64,000 nucleotides of DNA from Octopus sinensis. Its lineage: Eukaryota. Below are positions 49,180 to 62,962 of the stretch, piece after piece. The notes under the pieces are model-generated. The model saw only the letters and a list, made by a program, of their open reading frames with translations, searched no databases and was not told where the DNA came from. The translations under genes were made by a program, and so were the position numbers. The DNA lies in contig NC_043013.1 in NCBI RefSeq assembly GCF_006345805.1, positions 45,260,001-45,324,000 on the forward strand, given 5' to 3'. The stretch's first letter is position 1; each line of letters begins with the position of its first letter.

Positions 49180-49775
49180 ATAATGCGGTTTTTTCAACAG
49201 CTTGAACTAAAAGTCAGAGGGGAATGGGATAACTACTTATATTAACTTGCTATAAAAGCAGGTAGTAATTTTTATCTTGTCCTTATTCATAGTGCAAGTT
49301 TTGAAGAGTGCATTTCGATTTTAACAGCTATTTTTTTCAAAGCTATGTTGGAAGTAACAAAGGAGCATATTTGGCATATTTTGCTTTATGAGTTCAATAA
49401 AGACAACAATGCAACGGAAAGTACAAGAAATATTAATGCAGTATATGGGGATTGGACAATAAGCGTAAGGCAGTGTCAATGGTGGTTCCAGAAATTCCGA
49501 GCCATAAACTACAGCCTAGAAGACGAGCCTCATCCTGAAAGATCTGTAGAACTCGACAAGGACATCCTGAAAACCCTGGTGGAACAAAATCTCATCGTAA
49601 CTGTTGAGGAACTAGCAGAGAAGCTTGGATTTGGTCATTCAACCATTCATTGAGACCTGTGTGCTATCGGAAAAGTCAGCAAATTGGTCAATGGTTCCTC
49701 ACGAACTTTCCGAGTCTAATTGCATGCAGAGAGTGAATGTATGCTTTTCTTTGCTGTCACATCTCACCACTACTG
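49180..49775 (+). mobile_element. Mariner 5' half (HTH region), truncated by a Helitron
   Basis: ORF 49345..49653 has HIWHILLYEF...INAVYG...QCQWWFQKFR...LEDEP...LAEKLGF, a Mos1/Hsmar-type DNA-binding domain. Confidence 0.85.
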
Positions 49776-49784
49776 CGCTATGTA

Positions 49785-50419
49785 TCTCTATATATAAAAC
49801 TGTAGTTGTGTGAGTGTCTGTCCCCTTCGATTTAGATTCCTAACTACTCCCACATTTTGCGGTGCAGTTTAAACCAAATTCGGGTAGCTTATAGTCGTGA
49901 TTCATATCGAGCCCATCTGAGTATTAGCGCGTGTCTACGATGAGTCTACGATTTAAAATAATTTAACATCATTTTTTATTCCATTTTAATGCATAATTTT
50001 TCGTGTGTCGATGGCGGCGGAGTTGGCGTCCACGCTCACACCTGCACCTGTGGGGAAGGAGTGTAAGGAAATCAACGTCGTAATGCGTTGTCAAGGAGAC
50101 CAGCGTTCTTTTAGAACAACGACTTCATGGCTTGAAGACACCAAAACAGAAATGGCTAAGAAAGCGTCTACATGAGTCTACGATTTAAAAAAAATTTACC
50201 ATCGTTTTTTTTTTCCATTTTAATGCATTTTTTTCGCTATTATATAAGGGAAGTAACTCTCTAAAAATGTCTACGATGAGTCAACGATTTAAAAAAAAAT
50301 TTACCATCATATTTTTTCCATTTTTAATGCATTTTTTGCTATTTTTGGCTATAACTCTCTAAAAATGCTTATATAGTTATTTCCCTTACAAACCCGAGCA
50401 ACGCGGGCGATACTGCTAG
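49785..50419 (+). mobile_element. Non-autonomous Helitron, family H2, truncating a mariner
   Basis: A|TCTCTATATATAAAA start, CCCGAGCAACGCGGG hairpin, CTAG|T end. Three internal GTCTAC(G)ATGAGTC(T/A)ACGATTTAAAA modules. Confidence 0.85.
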
Positions 50420-50457
50420 TATATATATATATATATGTATATATATGCATATATATA

Positions 50458-50489
<32 letters not shown>

Positions 50490-50521
50490 CATATATATAT
50501 ACATAGATATATATATACATA

Positions 50522-50556
<35 letters not shown>

Positions 50557-50586
50557 GTGTGCTTGTGTGTGTGTGTGTGTGGTGTG

Positions 50587-50617
<31 letters not shown>

Positions 50618-51418
50618 TGTGTGTGTGTGTGTGTGAGTAGCAGGAATGTTCAGTAGTCAGATCACTACACCTGATGTTGTGATTCAAAAGAATATTAGCC
50701 CATGTGATCAACAAAATCTGACCAATTATAACTTTGCATGGAATAGGCTCTGCCAACATTTTATGATTTCATCTTTTGGCACGCCTCCTTCAGAGCCCAT
50801 CCAACAGTACAAACTCAGCACACCTTGGCTACTTGACAAAAGGTTTGAGAGAGCATTGAGAAACAGCAGAGAGGTTGTTGTTGTTGTTGTTGGTTCTTTC
50901 TTGAGCCATGCCTGGCTCATAAGGGCCGGTTTCCCTGTTTCCTTGCTGTATAGGTTCCCCACCTGGACGGGACGCCGGTCCATCGCAGGTGAGCTGCAAG
51001 ATGCAGGAGGAAATACTGAGAGAAAATTGTGGCAAAAGAATCAGCAGAAGTTTTGCCATTACCTTCTACCGGAGCCGCGTGGAGCTTAGGTGTTTCGCTC
51101 ATAAACACACACATCGTCTGGTCTGAGATTCGAACCCGCGATCCCTCGACCGCGAGTCCACTGCTCTAACCACTAGGCCATGTGCCTCCACATAGATGTG
51201 GTGGTAGACAAATGGTGAACAGATGTGGACAGCTACAGACCTGAGCTGACAACAACCACAATGGACAATTGGTGACTGCAGTAGCACCATGAACCAGCAG
51301 CTAACTTTTTGACCATTATTACAATTACACCAAGAACAATAATATTGAAATTCTCTCAACATTTTGTTGTTTGTAGTAATGACAATATTTCTTTTTGGGT
51401 ACGAAAAGAATAAAACTA

Positions 51419-51831
51419 GGACCTTTTTGGTTTGACTGGCAGTTTTTAAAAATAATTTCTTGGTAACTAAAAGGTTTTAAACTTCGTATACTGGTAGAAT
51501 GTGTTTATAAAACATCTTTTTCTCTTGGCTTTATTGAGAAAATTCTATAGTTTGTAAGATATTTGTTGTTGTTTTTATTCAATTTCTGCAATTTCAACCA
51601 ATCAATGACGTCTATTGAGGTGAAAACATTCTGTGCCGTATGCATATGTCCCTCGTTTAAGAAACAGATTGGGTTTGCTTACATTTGTGAAGAAAAAAAG
51701 ATACCCCCCCAACCCTAACCCTAACCCTAAAACAGACTGAAATGCAATAGATCGATACTAGGGTCATAATTATGGGTGACAATTTCATATGACACCGCTA
51801 GAAAAAACTGCCGGTCAAACCGAAAAGATCT
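51419..51831 (+). mobile_element. MITE family 1, copy 3
   Basis: Colinear with 2248-2667. Flanks TAAAACTA / TAAAACTT (8-bp TSD, 1 mismatch). Confidence 0.8.
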
Positions 51832-52062
51832 TAAAACTTTGTTTACCAAAAATCTCAACACATTTGGTCACCTTCTTCATCGTAGAACTGGTGACCACAC
51901 ACACATGTGCACGCACACACACATTTTATCATTTTGCTCAGGCATAGTGATACTAATCACCAGTTGTTATTACTCAGTACACTTATGCGTTAGAGTAAAG
52001 CCTCAGTTGAGTACAGAGCATAATATCAATTAATGAATGGCAAAAGAACAGAACTTGTGTAA

Positions 52063-52435
52063 TCTCTCTATATATAAACGGCAAAATATATGTCTGTGTG
52101 TGTGTTTGTGTCCTTTATACAAATCCACAATTTTTCAGTTAGAGGGCTCGCACTTTCTATGGTCATTCAAAACCGTCCAAGGGTGGGCGTGCACATCTTT
52201 ACATTTCCCCAGTCACCCCGCAAAGCCATTAAAAAATCAATAGAATTGACTTTTTTGTGAATTTTCTATCCAAAACCCAATCAAAATGCCCGAAACTTGA
52301 TACGCCAATTGAATGCCAGCTAGCTGCATGTGATTGGTCAGAGATTTGGACAGTACTCGCGTGTATGTATGCTGCACGCAGCTGTATATGCATGCACTAG
52401 CACTATGACCCGGCGTTGCTGGGTCATAGTGCTAG
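52063..52435 (+). mobile_element. Non-autonomous Helitron, family H1
   Basis: A|TC start, terminal hairpin ACTAGCACTATGACCC...GGGTCATAGTGCTAGT, CTAG|T end. Confidence 0.85.
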
Positions 52436-52994
52436 TCACTTTTATTACTTTACAGCTGTTTCTGCTACGGGACGCAGTGCATACAGAGCTGACTGCTTGC
52501 ACAACATCCTAAGGCTTCCTCAGAGTCATTAAAATGTACATGTTCATTTCAGGATTGTCAAACCTTGAATGTCTGTTGATCAGAATTGGCCAGGTACTGA
52601 GCAATAATTGTTTCTAATAAAGGTACAAAGCCAGAATTTTTTTTTTGCAAGGAGAAAGGGATTAGCCAACAACACGCCACCCTAGTACGACATTAGTATT
52701 TTATTTTATCGATCCCAAAGGTGTAGAAGGCAAAGTTGATCTTAGCTGGATTTGAACTTAGAATGCGAAAAAAGAGAACGAAGACCGCAAGTTATTTTTT
52801 TTTCCCTGATGCTTTAACGATTCTGCCATTCTATTAAACAAGAATAACTTGTACTGTTACTAAAGATGCCACCCCAGTTTCTCAGTATCCCATCTCTGAT
52901 CTCTCGCACTGTGTTCGGCAGCTACATATGCTGCTATCTTACCAACCGCTCGACTACAAATACTAAAGACAAAGACTTCTGAGACAGCTTAGCT

Positions 52995-53066
52995 CTTAAC
53001 TATTATCTTAACTACTATCTTAACTATTATCTTAACTACTATATTAACTATTATCTTAACTACTAT
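52995..53066. repeat. 12-bp tandem repeat with alternating variants (CTTAACTATTAT / CTTAACTACTAT)
   Basis: Six consecutive units read directly. Confidence 0.85.
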
Positions 53067-54219
53067 TTACTAGTATGTAAAATTTAACAATCTATTAGAA
53101 ATTTTGTACTTCAAAAAAATTACAAACAATCAGTTTAATTAAATAATCAATACAATAGATATAATTGAAATGTTATTCCGTACATTTTGAAGAATGTGAG
53201 GAAACATGTTTAGTAACGTCCCAAATATACTATGTTCCCTTGTGTTTAAGATAGACGATATTTCAAACCCTGTTCATTTATACTTTGCGGATACTGTTTT
53301 CAATTGCTTGTCACACTAAATATAAGTGTTAAATTTTTAGTTATTAGTTGTCAGTTAGTTAGTTTCTCAACTCCCCCACCACACAAGGTCTTATATTTCA
53401 GCAATGTTTAAAGGAAATTTAAGTAGACTAAAAATAAACTAACAAGTTTTTTTTTTTAGTTTCTTTATTAATGAAATTCTTCTAATGTTTATATTTTATC
53501 ACACATATTTCACTCTTCCCATCAAATCGTGTTCAACCTTGCTCTGAAAATAGCTTATTCAAAACAACACTTAAAAAAGTCGAGAGAAAACTTGTAATTG
53601 GAGTGAAATAGCTATGGGGGTTCGGCAGGGGTTGATCTTATAGTGTACGGGTGTTCACCAGCAAGATCAGGAAAAAAAAATGTCAGTGAAAATGCTTGTG
53701 GTGAGAGAGAGAGAGATTCACATTCCATTGTTGTGGTTTATGAGCACATTCCGTTAATGTTGTTGTTAGGTCGAGACGGTCACTTCTCAAGTAGACCCGC
53801 GTCACTGTCCTCGGATGTCTGTGGCCCCCGTCTCTCCTGTCGCACTCCATATATAACATGCGTGTTAGCTGTCCGTAAATATATTTCACAAATGTAAACC
53901 GACATTGCTAAAATAACAGGCTGACATAGAAAAATACTTTCGAAGACATAAATACATAAATAACGAAGGCAGTGATCTTGGCAGAGTTGTTAACGCGCCA
54001 GAGAAAAATAAAATGTCTCGCGGTTTTCGTCCTGGCTCTCTGTGTCACGAGTTCATATTCCAATAGCGTCAACCTTACCCTCCAATTTTTTTCAGGAGTA
54101 ATACATAATAGTACTGAGGTTTATGCTGGTTTAGTAATTAGTAACTTGGCCTGCTAGAAAGAGCAGTTTAATCTTCCTCACACTACAGTGAGAGTTCGTA
54201 GAATGTCATATATAAGTTT

Positions 54220-54521
54220 GGCGATCTTTCGTCTCTAGTAGACCTTTCCAAGTAATGAGAGCGAAAGAGACTAAGAGAAAGCGATTGTATGACGAGGGAA
54301 GTTCTTTTCAAGTTACCGTGCACACCCCATCAAACACACACACACACATGTACATCAATGCTCACATGCACGGTAACTTCAAAAGAACTTCCCTCGTCAT
54401 ACAATCGCTTTCTCTTAGTCTCTTTCGCTCTCATTACTTCAAAAGTTCCCGCAAGCCCATATGTAAAAAAAAAATTTTTACGGAAATCGACGGAAAGGTC
54501 TACCTGAGACGAAAGATCGCC
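54220..54521. mobile_element. MITE family 2, long copy with internal ~73-bp inverted repeat
   Basis: Perfect 8-bp TSD ATAAGTTT (54212-54219, 54522-54529). Internal arms at about 54250-54322 and 54367-54439, 1 mismatch. Confidence 0.85.
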
Positions 54522-55242
54522 ATAAGTTTAATGCGACATTCCACGAGTTCTCCTTTTTTGGTTTATTGTTACAGAAACAGACACTCATATTTTTTCCTCG
54601 GATACCGCAACTCTACCTGCCAACCACACCGCACTGTCGTAAATAAGGGAAAACAAAATCAGCTTATCTAGTTTATGGTGCATTATTCCTAAAAATAAGA
54701 TGGGATTGTCATAGCTGGAATGCCTTTGTTCGTAGGTCTGCCGGATCAGAGCTGACCGGAGGGCTACAGAACAACACACAATAAACTCGTGCTTACACGT
54801 GTGTACGTTGCTTAACGGTGTATCTCAGGTAGCAAGGTAAATATGGAAGAGTCAATTCTGGTTTAACTGCTATGATTTTCGCGCTTATTGTAAAACTAGG
54901 AGTAATTTGACTTATGTAACAACAGCTAGAGCTGTCTCCTGCAGAATTATAAACTATTATAAATATAAACTAACAAGGCAAAACAATTAATCAGCTACGT
55001 ACACATACACACAAACATACACCACATGATCGTAAACACAGATACACATACACACAGAGACAGACACATACATACATACTTATACATACACAAGTGCACA
55101 CGTGTGAATTCTGGTCACTGGATGCAGACAGTGAGATATATAAACTCACTGCCTTCTGACACATACCTCCACAAACACTAATGTTTAATGGACATTGCAA
55201 ACCACAAACATGCACACACTCTACTCTACTCTACTCTGCGTG

Positions 55243-55282
<40 letters not shown>

Positions 55283-55913
55283 CACAGAGATTATGAAGCA
55301 GTTGCGGTAAACACAGGTTTACGCATAGTTTGTCACACAGAGAACCCGCCATATGTATGTATATACACGTTAGTAGCTTGCATACATAAATACTTAACCA
55401 CGAAGAGACACACTCTTGAACTTACATATAAATTAGATAAACATTATGATTATACATACAGTCCCAAACGAACGCACACACACACACCACACTCATAAGG
55501 CACAGAGCTATTCTCTGACACACGCAAACAAAACCATTGATAAACACCGACACACAAAACTCGGTGGGTTTGACTGTGTGTGTGTGTGTGTGTGTGTCAG
55601 TGACTACGCTTGTATATATATATGTATGTATATATATATTATATATATTATATGTATGTATGTATGTATGTATATATATATAATATATATATATATATAA
55701 TAATATATATATATGTATATGTGTGTGTGTGTATGATGTGTATATATATATATATATATGTGTATGTAGTGTGTATATATATATATATATATATAATGTG
55801 TGCGTGTATGTAGTATATATATATATATATATATAATATGTGTGTGTGTAATATATATAATATATGTATGTATGTATATATGTGTGTCTGTGTGTGTGTA
55901 TGTATGTATATAT

Positions 55914-56002
<89 letters not shown>

Positions 56003-56439
56003 ATGTATATATATGTATGTATATAGGTATACACAAACATACACACATGTGCAGAATGCCACTCCTTTTCGCGCGAACACATACATATACACAGATCCAG
56101 CTATTCATGCGTACATTCAGTTTCATGGGCATAACCTAACAGTCGAACATAAACAAAACTTGCTTTCCATACCTTTACACTAGATCTCACCACCTACACA
56201 CGCACGTACATACATATACACTATAATATAAAGACAGACGGACGGACACAAACATACACACACTCACACACACACATTAACCTAGATATCGATCGAATTG
56301 TTTACTAGAAGAGCAGAAATTGGAGTAGGAGGAAGGGGAGGCGGTGGGAAGTTGAGAGTGGGTGGTAGTCGAAGGACAGACAGAGAGAAAGGGAGATACA
56401 AAGAGGAAGGCAGAAAGAGAGAGAAAGAGAGATAAAGGT

Positions 56440-56650
56440 AAATAGAGAGAGCGACAGATAGAAAAAGGGATATATATATATGTAGAGAGAGAGCGACAGA
56501 TAGAAAAAGGGAGATATATATAGAGAGAGAGCGACAGATAGGAAAAGGATATATATATATATAGAGAGAGCGACAGATAGAAAAAGGGAGATATATATAT
56601 GTATATAGAGAGCGACAGATAGAAACAGGGAGGGATATATATATATATAG
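56440..56650. repeat. GA-rich minisatellite of ~40-bp units (AGAGAGCGACAGATAGAAAAAGGGA + (TA)n)
   Basis: Five units with a constant GCGACAGATAG core. Confidence 0.85.
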
Positions 56651-58560
56651 AGAGAGAGGAAGGGACAGCGGTAGAGAGGGAGATAAAGACTGAGAGATAA
56701 AAGGAGAGAGAGAGCGGGAGAGAAGGATGAGGGGGGGAAGCTTAAAGAGCCGTGATAGAAGGAAGGAGGGAGGGGAAAAGTTGTTTACTTGCAAGATGTT
56801 AAGAACTCAACACGTTGTTACCGGCATCTTTTTGCTCAAGTACAACAGCAAACAATGGGAGGGCGGGAAAGACAGACTTCTCCCCTCGAGGAAGTAATCT
56901 TGGATTCCAAGTAACAGCAGCAATAATAACAACAACTGCAGCATCAGCAGCAGTAGATTTTAATGGTGGCTGCAAACATCATCATCATCATCATCATCAT
57001 CGTCGTCGTCGTCATCAACAGCAGTAATAACAAATACCAAGCGACATAATTTACAGCAACACCATCGAATAATTCAACTGTCTCAACAACAAAAACCAGG
57101 TGTAAAGATATTTAATAGTAGCTGTAGAGTTAACACTAACGAGGGGGGAGTCTCTGTGTGGTCGCTAGAACGGTTAGAAATAGCAGCCAAGATTCCCTTT
57201 AAAGTACATCCTACCGTCTTAGATATAAAGTACACGTTGGATAACGCAGTGTGGGTTTCCCCCCGACTAAAAGACAAGATAGTTACGGGTAGAAAGCTAA
57301 ACGGCAATAGCGATGATAATAATAAGGCAAGGGAGTGGGGATTTTGCGAGGTTTCTCGAATTGCTAGAAATAACGACTATCTTCCGCGCAACATATCCTA
57401 CCATCTTAGAAAACATTAGATACATTGGATGGTCACAAATGGAAATCCTTTGAGCTTAGGTCTGCTCCATCAGAGCAGACAGGGGCTAAACAACAATAAC
57501 AACGCTAACAGCAGTAACAACGAACAGCCAGCAAGGGAACCTATATGTGGCTGTTCGATCTGCTTGAAACAGCAGCTAAATCTCCCTCATAATTGTAAAT
57601 AATCATAGGATACATTTTTTTTCAGATCTTGTAAATCCAGGGCCTCATTATCTGATGTGCCCTTCCTTTTTAAGACAACGAAATACGATTAAGATGAAGA
57701 ATTTGGCTGTCATTTCTAGCAGGTCGAACGACTATATGGCTCACATCTCATCGGGTTAATGCTATTGTTTAACCCAAGGTATATCCTGATCCTGTACAGC
57801 AACGACCATCCCACCTTTAAACTACATTATTTATTCTTTCCCTTTTTAAGACAGTAGGGTGTAATTTGAGGGAAATTTTGCTGCTATTTCTAGCAGGTCT
57901 AGTTTTGTGTTAATGTTATCGTTTAGCTCCAGGTCAGCTCCAATCGAGCAAACCAACGATCAACTGGATTCAGCCATGTTCATCTCGTCCTTTTGTGGTA
58001 TATCTAAGACCACCTTATTTAACGTGTCCTCTTTTTGAGGGAGAATAGGCTGCTATTTCCAGCTGGTCGAACGACGATTAAAAATCTCCCTAGTTGGCTT
58101 GTTGTATATTATTAATATTATTGTTCAATTCCAGTTCAACCTTTGTCAAAAAGACCTATGATCAAAGGCGCTCCAGCTGTGACCATCCTATCTTTTTCTG
58201 TATACTGAGATTGACGAAGTGCAGCCGTGGTTGTGTATGACGTTTCCTTCGCAGCCTCAAGATTCCACGTTCAGTCCCATTGCGTGACACCTTGGGCAAG
58301 TGTCTTCTACTACAGCTTCGAGCTGACCTGTACTCTGGGTGAATTTGGCAGATGGAAACTGAAAGAAACCCGTCGCAGTCATTTGAATGCGGCCATACTG
58401 GAGCACCGCATTGAACAAATCAACCCTAGGATTTTTTTTAAAGCCTTGTACTTATTATATTCGTATCTTTTGCTGAACAGCTAAGTCACGGGTACGTAAA
58501 CACTAGCCCCAAATGTCAAGCGGTGGTGAGGGATAAACACACACACGCACACACATACAT

Positions 58561-58598
<38 letters not shown>

Positions 58599-59069
58599 GA
58601 CGGGCTTCTTCCAGTTTTCGTCTACTAAATCCACTCACAAGGCTTTTGTAGGCCTGGGGTTATAGTAGAAGACACCCAATGTGTCATGTGGTAGGACTGA
58701 ACCCGAAACCATGTGGTTAGGAAGCAAGTTTCTTACCACACAGCCACTACTGTATCTGTGTATGTGTGCACGCGCGCGCATCTTTCGGATATGTGCTTCT
58801 CCCTCACCACCGCTTCACAACCGACGTTGATGTGTTTACGTCCCCATAACTTAGAGGTTCGGCAAAAAAGACTGATAGTATTTATTCTACAAAAATAAAT
58901 AAATAGGCGCAGGAGTGACTGTGTGGTAAGTAGCTTGCCTACAAACCACATGGTTCCGGGTTCAGTCCTACTGCGTAACACCTTGGGCAAGTGTCTTCTA
59001 CTATAGCCTCGGGCCGACCAAAGCTTGTGAGTGGATTTGGTAGACGGAAACTGAAAGAAGCCCGTCGTA

Positions 59070-59141
<72 letters not shown>

Positions 59142-62100
59142 TGTGTGTGTTTGTGTGTCTGTGTTTGTCCCCCTAGTATTGCTTGACAACCGATGCTGGT
59201 GTGTTTATGTCCCCGTAACTTAGCGGTTCGGCAAAAGAGATCGATAGAATAAGTACTGGGCTTACAAAAGAATAAGTCCCGGGGTCGAGTTGCTCGATTA
59301 AAGGCGGTGCTCCAGCATGGCCGCAGTCAAATGACTGAAACAAGTAAAAGAGAGAAAAGAGAGTAAATAAATAATAATAAGTAGTGGGGGTCGATTCGTT
59401 CGACTAAAAATCTTCTTCCAGGCGGTGCCCCAGAATGGTCGCAGTCTAATGTCTTAAAACAAGTACAAAAGATAAGCCACAACAGCAGCAAAAATATATT
59501 TTTTTAAAGAAATGTGCTGTCGTTGGAAGTATTTTCGTTTCATTGTGTAGGAGTTTTGTGGTGGGTGTGGTTCATCTGTAGCATGTGACGCTGGTGTGAA
59601 GTGCAATTCTTCACGTCATTGTTATTATAGCTCTAAGTCTACATAGATTGAGCAGAGACGTACAACCAAAAAACATTCCAGCTGTGGCCATCCATCCGTC
59701 TTTATTAAGACATAAAAATATCTGGGATTAACATTATACACCGTATTCTTCTAATTTCTTTTTAAAAATAGGCAGAATGTGATTTCAGAGATTTAGCTGC
59801 TATTTCTTGCAGAATGAATGACCACGTAGCGGCTCCCTCACTGTTTAAAACATTTTGTTTTTAGTTCGTTATTGCGAGTTTATAGGATTAGGTGTAACGC
59901 TGCATTGATTGAGCAGACATATAAAGACGTTCCAGCTGTGGCCATCCGTCTTTATGAATACAAAGTATCTGGGTTACATTGTATATTGTATAGCGTATTT
60001 TTCCTATATCGTTTTTTAAAAAGATAGATAGAATAAGATCTGGGAGATTTGGCTGCTATTTCTTGTAGAATAAATCACCACGTAGCGGCTCCTTCACTTT
60101 TGTTTTTGTTTTAGTTTGTTATTGAGAGTTTGTAGAGTTAGGTAATAAGGTTGGCATAATTTACGATGGATCCTGCCAACCTACTCATTCTTAGTCCCTG
60201 CTGCAGGTTGTACAAACCGCATCCAATCCAGGTTCATTACTACAAGCAATATCGTCCAAACAAACATTATTTCTTCTACTCACAAAACAAACAAAACGCA
60301 TTCATATCGATATGTACTCGCAAAATGGAAGTCACATCAATAAACCCATCAGGCCCAGCTGTGAGAGGGAGCGGAGGTTTTTTTTTTTATTAGTCCTTTG
60401 TATCTTAAATCAATTACTTGCCACCTAAAACTCTGCGACATGTCACAACTGACATGCAGTGGACAGCGAAAAAAAAAAACAAAAAATCTCTGCAATATCA
60501 TGTTTATAAACTGCAGTCGTTGGTCGGTGTGGGCGCCGTCGCCGCCTCCTCTGCTGCCGCCGCCGTTTTCGCCGCCTCTGCCGTCGCTTCCCCCGCCGCC
60601 GCCGTTGTTTTGACGCTTACATGCTTGTACAGGTCTGATAGAATTTATTGAGGTAGATTTTCGATGGCCAGATGCCTTTACCTGCGTTTCCGAATAAGGC
60701 GATATTTCTCCATGGTTGGACATGATTTTGTCTGCGTTCAAATTCTTTTCTTCCTTTCAGGAGCCATAAAATAAGTACCAGCTTACTACTAGGGTTGATG
60801 TAACTGATTTAACTTCTCCTGGGTATGAGTATAAAAAAGAACAAGACTACATCCCTCTGCCAAGCCATGTTGAGCCAGGGTGATAGAGAAGGCTCATCAA
60901 ACCAGAATGATCTCAACCTCAAACGCATGACCACTACATCAGACCATGGTTGGTAGAGAGAATATGCTGAGGCCTTCATATTGTAATGGACTGAACATGG
61001 TCAATCCTATCCAATCCAATCCAAGTCTTAGCAATAACGAAAATATTACCTGTCAACAAGGGTGGCCTCTTCATGATCACTCAACCAGCAAGAAATATCA
61101 GCCAAATTTCCCTCATGTAACTTCCTACCATCATCATCAACTTCATTAAAAGTCTGGTTTCCATGCTGGCTCGGGCTGGTTTAACTGGAAATGGTAAACC
61201 AGAGAACTGCACCAGACTCTGGTCTATCTTGGCTTGGTTTCTATGGCTGGATGTCCTTCCTAGCAGCAACCACTCCACAGAGTGTATTGAGCGCAGTCTA
61301 TGCGCCAGTGGCACAGGTGTCTTTCACACGTCACCGGCACTGACCACGACTATGGTTTCACTCAGTTTGATGTATCTTCTCGAGCACAGCAGTTTGCCAG
61401 AAGTCACTTGTCATCACTTCTTCCACAGGTTCCTTCCACAATTAGAGATCAGCACTTCTTCACACAGCAGTCATTTTTAAAATCAAAGAGAAAAAAGTAC
61501 AGATGGTCATGGCTAGAATGTCTTCAGTTTCAGGTTTGTTCAATCAGGGCTGGCTTCAACAACACCAACAGCAACAACGATTATTCTTTGTAAGCCTAGT
61601 ACTTATTCTATTGGTCTCTTTTGCCGAACCGCTAAGTTACGGGAACGTAAACACACCAGCATCGATTGTCAAGCAATGCTAGGGGGAAAAACACAGACAC
61701 ACACATATATACATATATACGACGGGGTTCTTTCAGTTTCTGTCTACGAAATCCACTCACAAGGCTTTGGTCGGCCCGAGGCTATAGTAGAAGACACTTG
61801 CCCAAGGTGCCATGCAGTGGAACTGAACCCGGAACCATGTGGGTGGTAAGCAAGCTATTTACCACACAGCCACTCCTACGCCTATTGATTATTAATTTAA
61901 AAAGCAAATCCTTTCCTGAATTGCAAGGAGCCACTGAAACAGGGGCTTGTTTCTGGTTTCCATTATGATAAGTAAGTTTAAGGCAGCAAGTTGTCAGAAT
62001 CAGCATGCTGATCAAAATGCTTAGCAGCCTTTTGTCTATTGTTATGTTCTGATTTCAAATCCTGCTGAGGTCACCTTAGCCTTTCATCCTTTTGAGGTCA

Positions 62101-62819
62101 ATCAAATCAAATACCAGTTGACCACTGGGGTTGATGTAATTGACTTAACTCACCCTCCACTCCGAACTTGCTGGCCTTGTGCCAAAATTTGAAACCATTA
62201 TGATAAGTAAGTTACAACTTAGTCTCTCTTGGCTGTCATAATGGTGACCCCACCAGCACAAGGAACTGAAATCAACCTTTTAAGTAAAGAAATTATTTGT
62301 CAAACTTCACTTTCGTATTTCTCTCTGTATTCACTTGACATGCATGAAATAGCAGCCAAGTCATCCTAAAATCAATCACTACCAACTTAAAAGAAAAGTG
62401 TACAGTGAAAATATATAGTCCCCTAGATAACCCTAAAAGATGGGATGGCCGCAGCTGGAATCAAGGCTGACGTAAGACCTGGTAGATATGAGTACTGAGC
62501 GTTGAATACTGCCGTTCTGGACACACACTACACATGTGAACCCTTAAACTAATGATTGATCTTCTGGTAACTTATTCACTCAGCTCTCCATCTGCCATAA
62601 GCAAATGAAAGCATACATCTGTTGTTTCCAACAATATGAAGGACAAGACGAAGATAAGCCTAACCAGGACTGATTTGAGCTACCCTGATTGATCCTTGCA
62701 GTTATCAAAAAGGTTTCTCTCTTGCCTGGGTTTCCTTAGGTCAAAGGGAAAGGCAAGACAGGTACATTGATAGGAACAGCCAGATGCAGAGGTTGCCACG
62801 GGAGTCAACAATAATCCTC

Positions 62820-62894
62820 CTCCTCATCATCATCATCATCACGACGTCGACGCCAACAACAACCACCACCACCACCACCACCACCACCACCACC

Positions 62895-62928
<34 letters not shown>

Positions 62929-62962
62929 TCATCATCACCACCACCACCACCACCACCACCAT
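62820..62962. repeat. (CAT)n/(CAC)n compound microsatellite
   Basis: Direct reading. Source of the poly-G/T/V ORFs. Confidence 0.95.

Noticed and set aside
57156-57419. 87-aa ORF as a possible exon
   Set aside because: It overlaps the degenerate AAATAGCAGCCAA repeat module and has no recognisable protein similarity.
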